Shown here: positions 48,889 through 58,087 of the stretch, in pieces
Numbering within the stretch: position 1 is the stretch's first letter
Layout of the letters: every line of letters begins with the position of its first letter
Assembly: GCA_963810275.1 (NCBI GenBank)
Contig: CAWENF010000020.1
Span: forward strand, 69,970 to 133,969
Origin: an uncultured archaeon
Lineage (GTDB): Archaea; Thermoproteota; Bathyarchaeia; Bathyarchaeales; Bathycorpusculaceae
Direction of reading: 5' to 3'
DNA: 64,000 nt
The notes under the pieces: model-generated
What the model was told of the DNA's origin: nothing
The model's database searches: none
The model's input: the letters and a program-made list of their open reading frames with translations, nothing else
Made by a program: the position numbers and the translations under genes

Positions 48889-49344
48889 TTAGACGGCATA
48901 GGTCTTCTCTTTATCTTTAACTTCCTTATAGATGGCGCTTATCATCTGTTTGCCGCCGCATTTGCCGCAGGAAACATCTGTATCTTTAAACACGTAGTCG
49001 CCGCGTTGGAAGTCCCGCACAGTTTTGTTTCCGCAGCCCTTGTTTTGGCATTCGATTGTTGTCATCACTTTAGGGACGTCGATTTTTACTTCTGCCGCCT
49101 GCTTACGTGATTGATAGAGTAAGAACAAGCACATCGATAGGGCGATTACGCCTATGCCGGCGAAAATCAATGCGGTTAGCTGCCCATTGGCTGTTTGATC
49201 CGTGAAATAGGTTTCGACAGCCACGAACAACGCCACTATTGATAGTGCCAGTACAATAAACACTATAGCCATTAGGTAAGTGCTTATTTTGCCAGTGACA
49301 GAGGAGGAAGACCGGGGCTGCTGTGTCATACTTAATCGCATCAT
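48889..49344 (-). CDS. 2-TM membrane protein with C-terminal zinc ribbon
   Basis: Two TM helices, then ECQNKGC...RDFQRGDYVFK...CGKCG. Confidence 0.8.
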   Translation of the reverse strand: MMRLSMTQQPRSSSSVTGKISTYLMAIVFIVLALSIVALFVAVETYFTDQTANGQLTALIFAGIGVIALSMCLFLLYQSRKQAAEVKIDVPKVMTTIECQNKGCGNKTVRDFQRGDYVFKDTDVSCGKCGGKQMISAIYKEVKDKEKTYAV

Positions 49345-50474
49345 TGACCAACTCCTATGCTGTTGCCTACACCGATAATTAGCACGGTGTCGCCCTCCTT
49401 GGTGCGTTCTTTTACTACGTCGCGGACACGTTCTATTACTTTGTCGGCGGCATCGTGGATTTCTTTCCGCATAGGCGAAACTGCATCGCCAACATCCTCT
49501 TTGACGATGACTGCATATAGAGGTAGATTGTATTTGGTGACTTTCTCCTCAATCTTAAATGCATCCACACCTGGACCGCCGATTGCTGCGCCGATACCTT
49601 CGGAAACTTCGCCAACCATCTCTCCCTCCAGTTTGAGGCCAGCGTCGATCATGATGACCATTCCGAATTTTCCTTGCTGCTCTTCGATGACGGTTTCGAT
49701 AGCTTGGCCGGGTTTGCCGACGTTACCGCCTGGACCTTCAGCTTTAAGCACAAGTGCGGTGCGACCTTCGAATGGAACTGTGCTGACTACACAGTCGGTT
49801 GGGATTTGGCGGACTTCGTAGCCATGCATCAGCTTAGATGCGACTAGCGGGCCTACGCCGTCTCCGATGGGTTGCCCGTACGCAAACGCTTTAAGCGCTG
49901 AAGCATACGCTTCGGCTTCCTTCATAACCATGGGCAGAATCATCTGCAATTGCATGATTACGTAGAGGCTCAAAGTTTTCTTGCCCTGTATGTAGTAGTG
50001 ACGTACAACTTTGTAGATGAAGTTAAGCGCCATAGCTGCTTCAAGGGTGTTTTCAAGGTTGTAGACTTGTACTTTGTCACCCGCCGCTTGGGGAGCCATG
50101 AGTTTCACTTCTTCTTTTAGTCGTTCGTCTCGTATGTCCAGTATGTGGTCAAGTTTGCTCACTACACCCGCTGGATCCATAGATTGGGGACCAATAGTAA
50201 AGTAATCTAAGTACCGGTCGACGCGGGCAGTGGGGTCAAGGGTTGGTTTGCCGATTTCTTTTATTACATCTATTGCGGTTTTTCGCCCCTCTTCCTTTAT
50301 GACTTTTAGTTTATGTAAACTGTTTTCGACTTCTCGGATCATCACGTACATCTGTATACGTTGTCCATAGAAGATGAACACTATAAAGAACACGTACATG
50401 CCTAAGCTAAGTATCTGTAAGATTGGTGAATCGCTTCCTGGAATCAAACTCAATGTTAAGCACCACTTCTCCAA
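49341..50474 (-). CDS. DUF1512 family protein
   Basis: N-terminal TM, PIGDGVGPLVA, KAEGPGGNVG, IDAGLKLEGE, GVGNSIGVGQ terminus; near map. Confidence 0.85.
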   Translation of the reverse strand: MEKWCLTLSLIPGSDSPILQILSLGMYVFFIVFIFYGQRIQMYVMIREVENSLHKLKVIKEEGRKTAIDVIKEIGKPTLDPTARVDRYLDYFTIGPQSMDPAGVVSKLDHILDIRDERLKEEVKLMAPQAAGDKVQVYNLENTLEAAMALNFIYKVVRHYYIQGKKTLSLYVIMQLQMILPMVMKEAEAYASALKAFAYGQPIGDGVGPLVASKLMHGYEVRQIPTDCVVSTVPFEGRTALVLKAEGPGGNVGKPGQAIETVIEEQQGKFGMVIMIDAGLKLEGEMVGEVSEGIGAAIGGPGVDAFKIEEKVTKYNLPLYAVIVKEDVGDAVSPMRKEIHDAADKVIERVRDVVKERTKEGDTVLIIGVGNSIGVGQ

Positions 50475-50547
50475 AAACTATTAGCGGTCATTTATAAGTA
50501 TATGCTAAATCTATTCGGGTTTGAGTTAAAAAATTTGAATGAAAAGA

Positions 50548-50669
50548 TGTTGCCAGCTTTCCCAGGTTCACGTGGCCGAAGACCACACTACAGCTGGAAA
50601 CGGAACACGGTTTAACTTCTGAGTTCGGAACGGGATCAGGTGGAACCCGCGCCCTATGACCGGCAAACA
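50548..50669 (-). rRNA. rrf: 5S rRNA (stand-alone)
   Basis: UUGCCGGUCAUAG...CCACCUGAUCCCGUUCCGAACUCAGAAGUUAAACC...GCUGGCAA with complementary termini; about 120 nt. Confidence 0.95.
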
Positions 50670-50844
50670 TAGCTGTTAACGTCGTCTTCGCCTTATATAC
50701 GTTTAGTTTCTGCGCACAGCGTTAATGTAAAACTTTCGTACGATAATTGAGGGTTTGAATGTATGAGATTTGTTGTTCCAAAAAGATGCAACAAACTCTT
50801 TTATTTGTACTTTCATATTAAATTTTCAAAAAAGTTGATAATGT

Positions 50845-50970
50845 ATGGTTCATTGTTGCAACTGCGGCAAACAACTAATGGTGCCTGATAGGAAAATTGA
50901 GAATTCTGTGTTTTGCATAGAACTCTATAGGTGTCCAAATTGCGGGGAAATCTTCAAACAAATAATTTAG
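50845..50970 (+). CDS. Zinc-finger micro-protein, 41 aa (CxxCG...CPxCG)
   Basis: MVHCCNCGKQLMVPDRKIENSVFCIELYRCPNCGEIFKQII; below the ORF-track cutoff. Confidence 0.7.
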   Translation: MVHCCNCGKQLMVPDRKIENSVFCIELYRCPNCGEIFKQII

Positions 50971-51239
50971 ACGGATCTCGAAGAAAATTTTGCTCAAATT
51001 GCCTCAAATTCAATGCATAAACAGGATTATCGTTAACTGAAAAACTACGAATAGGAACTCTCAAGGAAATCTAACAATTCACCCCCGTTGATATTTGTAA
51101 AAAAACGCACTTAGTATGAAAAAACTCGACAGAATGGTAAAGTGACAAGGGACATCTCTTTGGACACGCCCAAAATAGAAACAGACAACTTGGTTACTTG
51201 GTGTTTTTTTGGCGAATAAATAAACAACAGAACACAATC

Positions 51240-51485
51240 AATACTAGACCGCGTAGAAATCGAAGCAACCGCTCAACATTCACTTTATAAAATCATCCTC
51301 AAAGTGCAAGACAACGGCTCAGGTGTCTTAGAAGAAAAACAGAAAAAACTTTAACCCGTTTCTCACAACTAAAGACATAAGACAGGGCTGATTTTTGATG
51401 ACCATGAGGGCAGAGGGATAATCTTCACTACAGATGCACAAATATACAAGCAATAGCTACTACTCTCCTTCGCTTTACCTGTTTC
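51240..51485 (+). pseudogene. Decayed histidine-kinase ATPase (HATPase_c) remnant
   Basis: ILKVQDNGSGV (G1 box), NPFLTTK (F box), partial G2 and SFALP across frames with stops. Confidence 0.55.
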
Positions 51486-51592
51486 TATGGACACCGTCGA
51501 AAAAAGCATATATGCCAAAACTCCGTTTCACACTCTAAAGGCTCGGTGAAATAGGCACGGCTCAACCAGACACAGAATCTAACAACGACGAA

Positions 51593-52700
51593 ATGGTAGT
51601 TACACCTTGGGAAGTCAAGGGTAAAGTAGACTACGAACGGCTCATAAAGGACTTTGGCACTCAGCCCCTTACACCAGAATTATTGGGTAAAATGCAGAAG
51701 CATACCGACAAACTACACCTACAGTTGGAACGGAAAATTTTTTTCAGCCACCGCGACCTCAACACCGTACTGGATCTCTATGATAAAGGCACAAAGTTTG
51801 TGTTGTATACTGGCCGCGGTCCCAGCGGACCCGTCCACATCGGACATCTTGTACCATGGATTTTTACCCTGCATATCCAGCAGAAATTCAAGACACGCTT
51901 ATACTTCCAAATCACCGACGATGAAAAATATCTCATTAACGACGATCGCGACCTAAAAGAAACCTCAAAGTGGAGCTATGAAAACGCATTAGACCTTATC
52001 GCTCTTGGATTTAAGCCTGATGATACATTCATCATTTATGATACAAAAGACATTGACTTGCTATATGATATCACCCTCGAAGTTGCAAGACGTATAACCT
52101 ACAGCACCGCCCGCAGCACTTTTGGGTTCCAGGACAGCACGAACATCGGTTGGGTCTACTGGCCAGCCATACAAGCAGCGCCCTGCTTCATACACAAAAA
52201 ACTCACAGGCGAAAACGTCCCCGCCCTAATCCCTGCAGCCATCGACCAAGACCCCTACTGGCGTGTCACCCGTGACGTCGCCCAACGGCTAGGCTACTAC
52301 AAACCTGCCCAGATTCACTGTAGATTCCTCCCTGGCTTAGGCGCAGGCGGAAAGATGTCGGCGTCCATGCCCGAAACCAGTGTATTCACCATGGACCCAC
52401 CGGATTTGGTTAAGAAAAAGATTTGGAACGCGTTCACCGGCGGCAGAGGTACCGCGGCGGAGCAGCGGAAACTTGGCGCTAACCCCACGGCTTGCAGCAT
52501 ATTCCAGTACTACTATTTCCTCTTTGAAGAAGACTCTTCGAAACTAAAAGAGCGGGAACGACGATGTAGCGGCGGCGAAATGCTGTGTGGCGAATGCAAA
52601 AAAGACATAGCTGAGAAAGCTCAACAGGTTCCTTGAGCAGCACCGAGAACGCCGAGAGAAAGCTAAAGACACAATCGAGCAGTACCACATCAAACGGTAA
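51593..52700 (+). CDS. trpS: Tryptophan--tRNA ligase; frameshift near 52615
   Basis: VTPWEV, YTGRGPS..HIGH, DQDPYWR, KMSAS, CGECKK; C-terminus LNRFLEQHRERREKA in the shifted frame, stop at 52700. Confidence 0.96.
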
Positions 52701-52797
52701 GCCCACTTTTGCTATCTGCCCCGTGCTTAGGGTTTGCTCCTAAAAAACTTGATTAACCTTGAAACGTCATTTTTTTAGAATTTTTGGATGTGTGTTT

Positions 52798-53248
52798 GTG
52801 TTAGGAGGCATTTTGGTTAGAGATGTTATGACTCGAAACGTTCAGGTTGTGCGCAATGGCAAAATTTGCATGAGGTTATTGCGACTCGGGATAGTTTTGA
52901 CATTAACGCCCTGATTGTCATTGAAGGTTCAAAGCCTGTGGGAATTTAACAACAAAAGATGCTTTGGTTCGAGGTTACGAGAATATTTTGTCTGTAGAGG
53001 CGGTAACTGCTATAATGGTGGCTTCTTCGCCCCTTGTAACCATTGATGAGGAAGCGGCGGTCGAGAAGGCAGTAGAGTTAATGAAGCGTCATCAAATCAA
53101 GCATCTTCCAGGGGTCAGCGGTGGCAAACTGGTGGGCATAGTGTCGGATAGTGATATTACGTTTGCCGTATTAGCGTTGCTCTCCGTTATAGAAGAGGTT
53201 TGTAACCGTCAAAGGCTACCTGCAGAGGTTTCCCAGACAACGAGATAA
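52798..53248 (+). pseudogene. CBS-domain protein, frameshifted
   Basis: LVRDVMTRNV and KPVGI fragments upstream of ORF 52964-53248 (IKHLP..GKLVGIVSDSDI). Confidence 0.7.
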
Positions 53249-53287
53249 TGAAAACAAAAAAGAAAATAGTAACTTAAAGAAAGAAGC

Positions 53288-53485
53288 TTATGTGTGGGGA
53301 CGTTTTTTGGCACAGTAAAAGTTTCCGTTGAGACGTACGAATGCTGGACATTTTCCATCGTCACAGTGATTTAGCCACTTACATGGCGACTGGACTTCAT
53401 GGATGCGGGGCATATAATGGTGAGCATCAACAAACTCTCGGGTTGATTGGTCTCTTTTAGAAATCTGTTTCATTAAAGTTTCCAT
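53288..53485 (-). CDS. Small Cys-rich hypothetical protein
   Basis: C..L..C..GKC...YC pattern; ATG start after a GGTG element. Confidence 0.5.
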   Translation of the reverse strand: METLMKQISKRDQSTREFVDAHHYMPRIHEVQSPCKWLNHCDDGKCPAFVRLNGNFYCAKKRPHT

Positions 53486-53679
53486 ATTAAAGCACCATTT
53501 TTTGTTGACTGAATTTGATATGCTTATCCACTGTGAAGTTAATTAAAAAATGTGGCTAACGTTGTACAACAACAAAAACATATAAGCCGTTGCTTGCCAA
53601 AGACGCGGTTAAGCGGTGTATGGCAAAAACCTTTTGTCGGGTGCTTTTGCTTGTGTGAACTCCCCTTCCATATAAATAG

Positions 53680-54050
53680 ATCAAAGAGCTGGCTGAACTC
53701 ATCCTCGATTGTTATGTTCATATACTGCGCAGCATATTACGGCGGCATTCCATGTTGTTAAAACATCTCTCTTTTGTGGATCGAGTTGGAGAAGCAGCTT
53801 TCGCAGTGCTCATGGTTATAATCATCAACGGCATTTAACCCTCTCTAACTTGAACACTCGTTTTCTCAATATTGTTGTCGTTAACATAGGCTACTGCCTA
53901 AGTTGGGGAATCATCGACGGCTTAATCTATACCATCTCCAGTTCAATGGAGCACAACTCCTTACCCGAAAAAAGCTAATCTAACTTAAGGATACCTCAAA
54001 AATACAAGAAACAACAGAGATTGCTAAAAAAACCTTGACGGAGCCTTTTT
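53680..54050 (+). pseudogene. Remnant of a VIT1/CCC1-like membrane protein
   Basis: IGYCLSWGIIDGLIY segment recalled as VIT-like; the reading frame is broken. Confidence 0.35.
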
Positions 54051-54103
54051 GTTTGGTTTCATGAAGAAAACACACCCTAAAAACATTGGCTCGCCGCACA
54101 AAA

Positions 54104-55063
54104 CTATTTAAGCGTAAGCGTTCCAGCCACTCGGAGCTTGGCTCCCTCCAAGTACATGAGTACCGCTGAGTCCCCAGCACGGTACACCAGCGGCTTATCC
54201 AACGCCAACGTCAAAGTGGGCTTGCGGAAGTCCCCATCTTCGGTGGCTTCTTCGACTTTAGCGGTTAAAAACTGTGCCCAGTGCCCTACATGCATCACCA
54301 TGCCTGGCTTGATGGGGGTCTGCCAGTACTTCACTAATGAGGCGTTTACCTGCAGCTTGATATCGGTTTTAACTGACGGGTCGTTTGTAAGTACAGTACC
54401 GCGGTCAAGGTCGTCGACATCAACGTTTTTAAGAGCAAAACCCACACGGTCACCTGCGACAGCTTCTTCAAATTCATCATCGTGCTTCTGGATTGAGCGC
54501 ACAACCGCCGTCTTCTGGCCAGGAAGCACTTTTAGGCTTGCGTGTTTGGCCACGTCACCGTATACCACAATGCCTAAGATAACAACACCCACACCTTTCA
54601 CGTTGAACGCATGGTCCACGGGAATTGCACTGACCTGAGTTACTGGGTCTTTTTGAATTTGGCTGGCTTCTGCGAGAAGTTTCTCACGTATAAGATTGGG
54701 GGCATCAACTACAAACTCAAAGCCTTCAAGCGTAGTACCTTTGATTAGGGGCATGATTTTGTCAGGCTGGATATAGTTTCGCAGTACAAATATGCCGCTT
54801 TTTATGCCGCTGCACTGCAACATCACCAGTTGTTCGCCAAGCGACGCTGACAGCTCGTCTACCACGACGAGGGCTTTGGTGGCTAGGGCACAGGCGTAGA
54901 ACAATGGGGCGAGGCGTTCGGGGTAACGGGTTGGCTCGATTAAGGTGACTGTGGCTTCGCCTTTCTTAACGTCATAGAGGCTGATGTCGGTGGAAGTGCC
55001 TTTCTTGCCGATTTGGCCGGCGTATTCCTGCGCGCCCAAGACGGCGACCGTGATGTTTCCCAT
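54104..55063 (-). CDS. Archaeal SelB-like translation factor (aSelBL) with degenerate G domain
   Basis: GKKGTSTDI, VDHAFNVKGVGVVILG, VRSIQKHD, GDRVGFALK; no GxxxxGK[ST] P-loop. Confidence 0.85.
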   Translation of the reverse strand: MGNITVAVLGAQEYAGQIGKKGTSTDISLYDVKKGEATVTLIEPTRYPERLAPLFYACALATKALVVVDELSASLGEQLVMLQCSGIKSGIFVLRNYIQPDKIMPLIKGTTLEGFEFVVDAPNLIREKLLAEASQIQKDPVTQVSAIPVDHAFNVKGVGVVILGIVVYGDVAKHASLKVLPGQKTAVVRSIQKHDDEFEEAVAGDRVGFALKNVDVDDLDRGTVLTNDPSVKTDIKLQVNASLVKYWQTPIKPGMVMHVGHWAQFLTAKVEEATEDGDFRKPTLTLALDKPLVYRAGDSAVLMYLEGAKLRVAGTLTLK

Positions 55064-55397
55064 ACTACATAACCTTTTGGTATTTGGCAGTGTTGATGGA
55101 TGCCATAAAGATAAGCATTATGAAAACAGAGAAGCAGTTTTGAATTAAGAAATCTACTGCTGTGACAACCAGCAAGCAAAACCTTCAATTCTAACGCCAA
55201 AAAGCATCATTATCTTTTTACCTAGAAGATTTGTTCACAGAAAATAAAACTATTTCAACTAACAGAAATCAGCTAATATGCCTTCCAAAAAAGCCAGCAA
55301 ACCCAAACCACAAACAACACGGCAACCGCTGCCTCCAAAATATCGTCGCTTACTGCATGTACGAAAGGTTCTTAAGGTATATGGTATTCTTCTACAC

Positions 55398-55510
55398 GGC
55401 AAGAAATCGGCATGAGCTCATGCCATTCAGGTAACAGCCAGCTTTTGCAAGGCAGAGGCGGGTTTGACCGACATAAAAGTTAAAATAGTCCGATGAAGAG
55501 GTGAAAATGT
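55398..55510 (+). promoter_or_regulatory. Structured 5' leader of rpl12p
   Basis: CTTAAG TATA-like box near 55371; hairpins GGCAUG-AGCU-CAUGCC and GCUUUUGC-AAG-GCAGAGGC; SD GAGGTGA. Confidence 0.5.
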
Positions 55511-55828
55511 ATGGAAAACATTTACGCAGCAATGCTCCTTCACAAGGCAGGTAAAGAAATCAACGAAGAATCCGTCACAAAAGTTCTTGAAGCAGCAGGC
55601 TTAACAGTTGACGCAGTTCAAGTTAAAGCCCTCGTAGCTTCACTTAGTGAAGTCAACATCGACGAAGCAATCAAAGCAGCCCCAACCATGATGGCAGCCG
55701 CTCCCACCGCAGCTCCAGCAGCTGAATCTAAACCAGCTTCCCCAGCAGAAGACAAGAAGAAAGCAGCAGAAGACGAAAAAGCCAAAGAAGAAGCAGCACT
55801 AGAAGGATTAGGCGCCCTATTCGGGTAA
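55511..55828 (+). CDS. rpl12p: 50S ribosomal stalk protein P1/L12
   Basis: [11 protein letters not shown], Ala/Pro hinge, [13 protein letters not shown]. Confidence 0.97.
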   Translation: MENIYAAMLLHKAGKEINEESVTKVLEAAGLTVDAVQVKALVASLSEVNIDEAIKAAPTMMAAAPTAAPAAESKPASPAEDKKKAAEDEKAKEEAALEGLGALFG

Positions 55829-55938
55829 AACGCCTCTTTTTCATTTTTAACTATTTTCCCAAACCTCTTTTCCCCACATTCAACAATCTTAGCGGATACG
55901 CTAAATCCTAGAATTAGATTTGAAAAAAGAAACAAAAG

Positions 55939-57084
55939 TCAGTGCATTGGCGGCGAAGGCTCATTCGGCGCTTCCACAACAGGCACAGACTCAGCAGGAG
56001 GTTGGGCAGCAGCCTTTTTTGTAGTTAACAACTTGTAGGCTACTACTGGAATCCAGCCGCTGATAATCATCAATGTTCCAGGGAAACCACCAATTTCGCG
56101 GCCCACGATGGGGTCCAAGAAACGGAGAATATCACCTAGAAAAGCCTCCCAGATTCCAAATGCTACAGCCATGCTAACAGCGGAGATCAACGCTGTTTTT
56201 CTGCCGAATTTGTTGTAGGTTTGCACTGCTAAGATGCCTGCAAAGAAGAAGTCACCTAAGCCTAAGCCACGGTTTAGCAGTATACCCTCTGGCGAGTAGA
56301 TGAAGGGTATGTTTGGAACGTACACCAGAACAGGTAAGCCTAAGCCTGTGAATTGGCGGGCAGCCGTCACCATGGTACCTGTACCTATAACCAAGAATAT
56401 GTCCACTAATGTTAAGAGAACAGCGAAGATGGTAACGGTTTTCCAGTTGAACAACGAAGACAAGTACAGAATAATCAAAATGGCAAATGTGAAGCCAAAT
56501 ATATCCATTAAGATTGGGAACCAAAGCGAAGTTGTCCCGCCATAGAGGAAGTTAAAGAACACGAATAGAAGCACAAACAGGGCAGGTGGCTGAGCGGCGA
56601 TGTGCCAGCGTGCTCTAGTGAGGTTTCTTGTTTGTTCGTAGACGGCTGCACCAAAGCAGCACACAGAAAGAATGAGAAAAGCGGCTGCACGGTAAACCAT
56701 TATTGAATCGGAAATTGGTCCAAGGAAGCTTGCCAGTCCTGCGACTAAGCTAATGAAACCAAAACCAAGCGAAATAACCTGTGCTTTTACTTTGTTTATG
56801 TTTGTGAACACATAGGAGAACGTGAACAGAAGCATAGTGTAGGAGGACATGAAGAGTACAAGCAGGATGTTTGAGGTTAAGCCGCCGGGGTTAATGATTG
56901 AGGTGTAGGCGATGACAGAAACCATCACCAAGATAAAAACGCCAAGCAATAGGACATCACGGGTTTTGAATTGTTTCTGCTCAACGGTCGTCATCAGCTT
57001 GTCCCCAATACGCCTGTTTAGCAATAGGGCAACTGTTACAACAAGGAAAAGCGCGGTTGGCATCGCTAAGTCAAGAGTGGGCAT
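55939..57084 (-). CDS. Presenilin/signal peptide peptidase-like GxGD intramembrane aspartyl protease
   Basis: Multi-TM; TLVDIFLV..TGTMV (YD-equivalent), GLGLGDFF, GFPGTL (PAL-equivalent). Confidence 0.8.
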   Translation of the reverse strand: MPTLDLAMPTALFLVVTVALLLNRRIGDKLMTTVEQKQFKTRDVLLLGVFILVMVSVIAYTSIINPGGLTSNILLVLFMSSYTMLLFTFSYVFTNINKVKAQVISLGFGFISLVAGLASFLGPISDSIMVYRAAAFLILSVCCFGAAVYEQTRNLTRARWHIAAQPPALFVLLFVFFNFLYGGTTSLWFPILMDIFGFTFAILIILYLSSLFNWKTVTIFAVLLTLVDIFLVIGTGTMVTAARQFTGLGLPVLVYVPNIPFIYSPEGILLNRGLGLGDFFFAGILAVQTYNKFGRKTALISAVSMAVAFGIWEAFLGDILRFLDPIVGREIGGFPGTLMIISGWIPVVAYKLLTTKKAAAQPPAESVPVVEAPNEPSPPMH

Positions 57085-57160
57085 AATCCACCATTTAAAC
57101 AGAAGCAGAATTTATCTGTTTACCAAAAACAACAACCGAAAACGTGGACTAAAACGTGGA

Positions 57161-58015
57161 TTAAACCATAAAAGTCACATTGAAAACAGCCAAGGTCGCC
57201 AACAAAGCCTCTTCAGCACGAACCGTTACAGTGCCCTGATTGGGCACAGTGTTGATGACAAAGTCCGAAACGGCGTTGAGCTGGATATTTTCATCGGCAA
57301 CAATTTCATGTAACCCACGCGTAGGTGCGCCAAACGCCACCAAGACATGGCTACTGCCTGCCCAGCGTTGCCCCAACTGTTTTTGGACTTCCAAAAAACC
57401 GTTGCCTATGCGTGCAGTCGAGATTTTCAGATCAAAATCAGATGACCGAATGATTTGTCCTAAGCCGCGTTTCTCAACTTTCACCATATACCCCCAATAC
57501 TGCGGCACCTCATCGCGACTCACAGGCTGCACCTCCACTTTTTCGCCTATGTTGATTACCTGACTTGTTAACCGTTCCCCTATACGGTACTGTTTTTGGC
57601 GAATCAGGGCAGGTTGCTGTACCCCTATGTCCACTGATAAGCCGTCTTTGCATTCCGAAAGCACTATCGCTTCGCGGTACTCACCGACTTTAAGGTGCTT
57701 GGTTTTTCCGCTTAGTGGATGGTGAGGGGTGCGCAATGGCGGTAGGATGCCTGCGTATTGGAGGTCAGGTTCAATTTTGAAGAGCGCTTTTCTGAGGTAC
57801 TGCGGCGTTTCTAAATAGTTGAGTATAAGCGCTATGAAGTCTATGTCGCGGCGTTGGTTTTGTTTTATGTTGTCAGGATAGACTATGATTTCATCCACGC
57901 GAAAAATTGCAGCGGACCTTGCGATTGAGCCGATTTTAGAGGTTTTCTCCCGCAAGTGAGGTGTGTCGGATATGACTGATGCGGGGATAGCGATTGAGAG
58001 TTTTCTTTTGCCCAT
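57161..58015 (-). CDS. SPOUT RNA methyltransferase (DUF171/SPOUT1 family)
   Basis: SIAIPAS, TPQYLRK, GILPPL.TPHH, YWGY, PNQGT.TVRAEEA. Confidence 0.92.
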   Translation of the reverse strand: MGKRKLSIAIPASVISDTPHLREKTSKIGSIARSAAIFRVDEIIVYPDNIKQNQRRDIDFIALILNYLETPQYLRKALFKIEPDLQYAGILPPLRTPHHPLSGKTKHLKVGEYREAIVLSECKDGLSVDIGVQQPALIRQKQYRIGERLTSQVINIGEKVEVQPVSRDEVPQYWGYMVKVEKRGLGQIIRSSDFDLKISTARIGNGFLEVQKQLGQRWAGSSHVLVAFGAPTRGLHEIVADENIQLNAVSDFVINTVPNQGTVTVRAEEALLATLAVFNVTFMV

Positions 58016-58087
58016 GTTTGTTCCTTTACCCTATATTTGGCTGCGTTGTGCTTAAAAGGGTGTGTTGAGATATAAAACTGCGGGTTC

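Noticed and set aside
50488-50670. 60-aa ORF MFAGHRARVPPDPVPNSEVK
   Set aside because: It is the 5S rRNA sequence translated.
57139-57162. 12-bp tandem duplication AAAACGTGGA(C/T)T
   Set aside because: Only two copies at a gene end; likely replication slippage.
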